This document shows positions 63,355 to 64,000 of a DNA stretch of 64,000 nt, one piece after another. Numbering within the stretch: the first letter of the stretch is position 1; every line of letters begins with the position of its first letter. The stretch is from contig NW_026858977.1 of NCBI RefSeq assembly GCF_026571515.1, positions 248,001 to 312,000 of the forward strand, written 5' to 3'. A model generated the notes under the pieces. That model did no database searches, was not told where the DNA came from, and saw nothing but the letters and a program-made list of their open reading frames with translations. The position numbers and the translations under genes are program-made. The stretch is from Ruditapes philippinarum (Eukaryota).

Positions 63355-64000
63355 TGTGACGAGCAGTGGATAACTGACGAAGTTTTGAAAAATATTTTGC
63401 TGCCTTTATATACCTCAATATCCCAAAGCGTCCGAAGCGTTAACAGAAATTACGTATCTACAGACCCATTCATTTTTTACGTACTTCAGTGATGGATGTC
63501 CTTTATCGGGAAATTTTTGTTTTGCTGAAATTACAGAAAAAACATGAAAATAGACGTCTGGTATATGCACGACTTTCAACACAACTTGTACATTGTCATA
63601 AACATGATTTATTTTTCCCTTTTCAGCATTTTCCGCTTAAAATCTCGCCACCAATACCTTTAAAATTGTTTTTATCTCATTATTGCAGTCTCAAAAGAAA
63701 GAAAGAAATATATTTGTATAATTAAGTTTTTTATGTTAACTTTACGACATGTTGAATTCTTTTCTGAAATATCTATAAGTAGAAATAAACTTTTGATATT
63801 ATTCAAAGCCAAAAAAACAACAACATGAAATTTCTTTTAATAATCATCTTTTGCACATCTTTATCAATAAGTCTGAGCTTTAACAAGATTCTTCTTTAGG
63901 AATTGTTTTCCAATACCACTACTATGATTACCTAAGAGTATTTGGAATCGTTAAAACGTTGCAAACAATACATTTCAACAAACATTTTAAGTTATCTATT

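Overview
AT-rich eukaryotic genomic DNA with GT-AG introns, TATA/Inr promoters, SINE/LINE/MITE/Helentron-type repeats and no prokaryotic features. The repeat types and proteins suggest a bivalve mollusc (inference). The window is dominated by a head-to-tail, all-minus-strand array of 10 related loci between 11 and 63.4 kb. The ORF track misses their N-termini because each signal peptide sits on its own 52-64 nt exon followed by a phase-1 intron. Six loci are intact (232, 301, 194, 127, 158, 134 aa) and four are frameshifted, truncated or orphaned. The intact genes encode: signal peptide - short variable N-terminal module (His/Lys-rich, Cys-pair, or an acidic micro-exon) - Gly/Tyr/Met/Phe-rich low-complexity repeat (shematrin/abductin-like) - a highly cationic C-terminal 8-Cys domain C-x-C-x3-C-x9-C...CC with a G-[KR]-C motif resembling the beta-defensin core. 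I do not recognise this fusion as a named family; it is the best candidate for an undescribed system (structural shell/periostracum/ligament proteins carrying a defensin-like domain). The array grew by nested segmental duplications, and paralogue comparison exposes several transposon insertions with empty sites.
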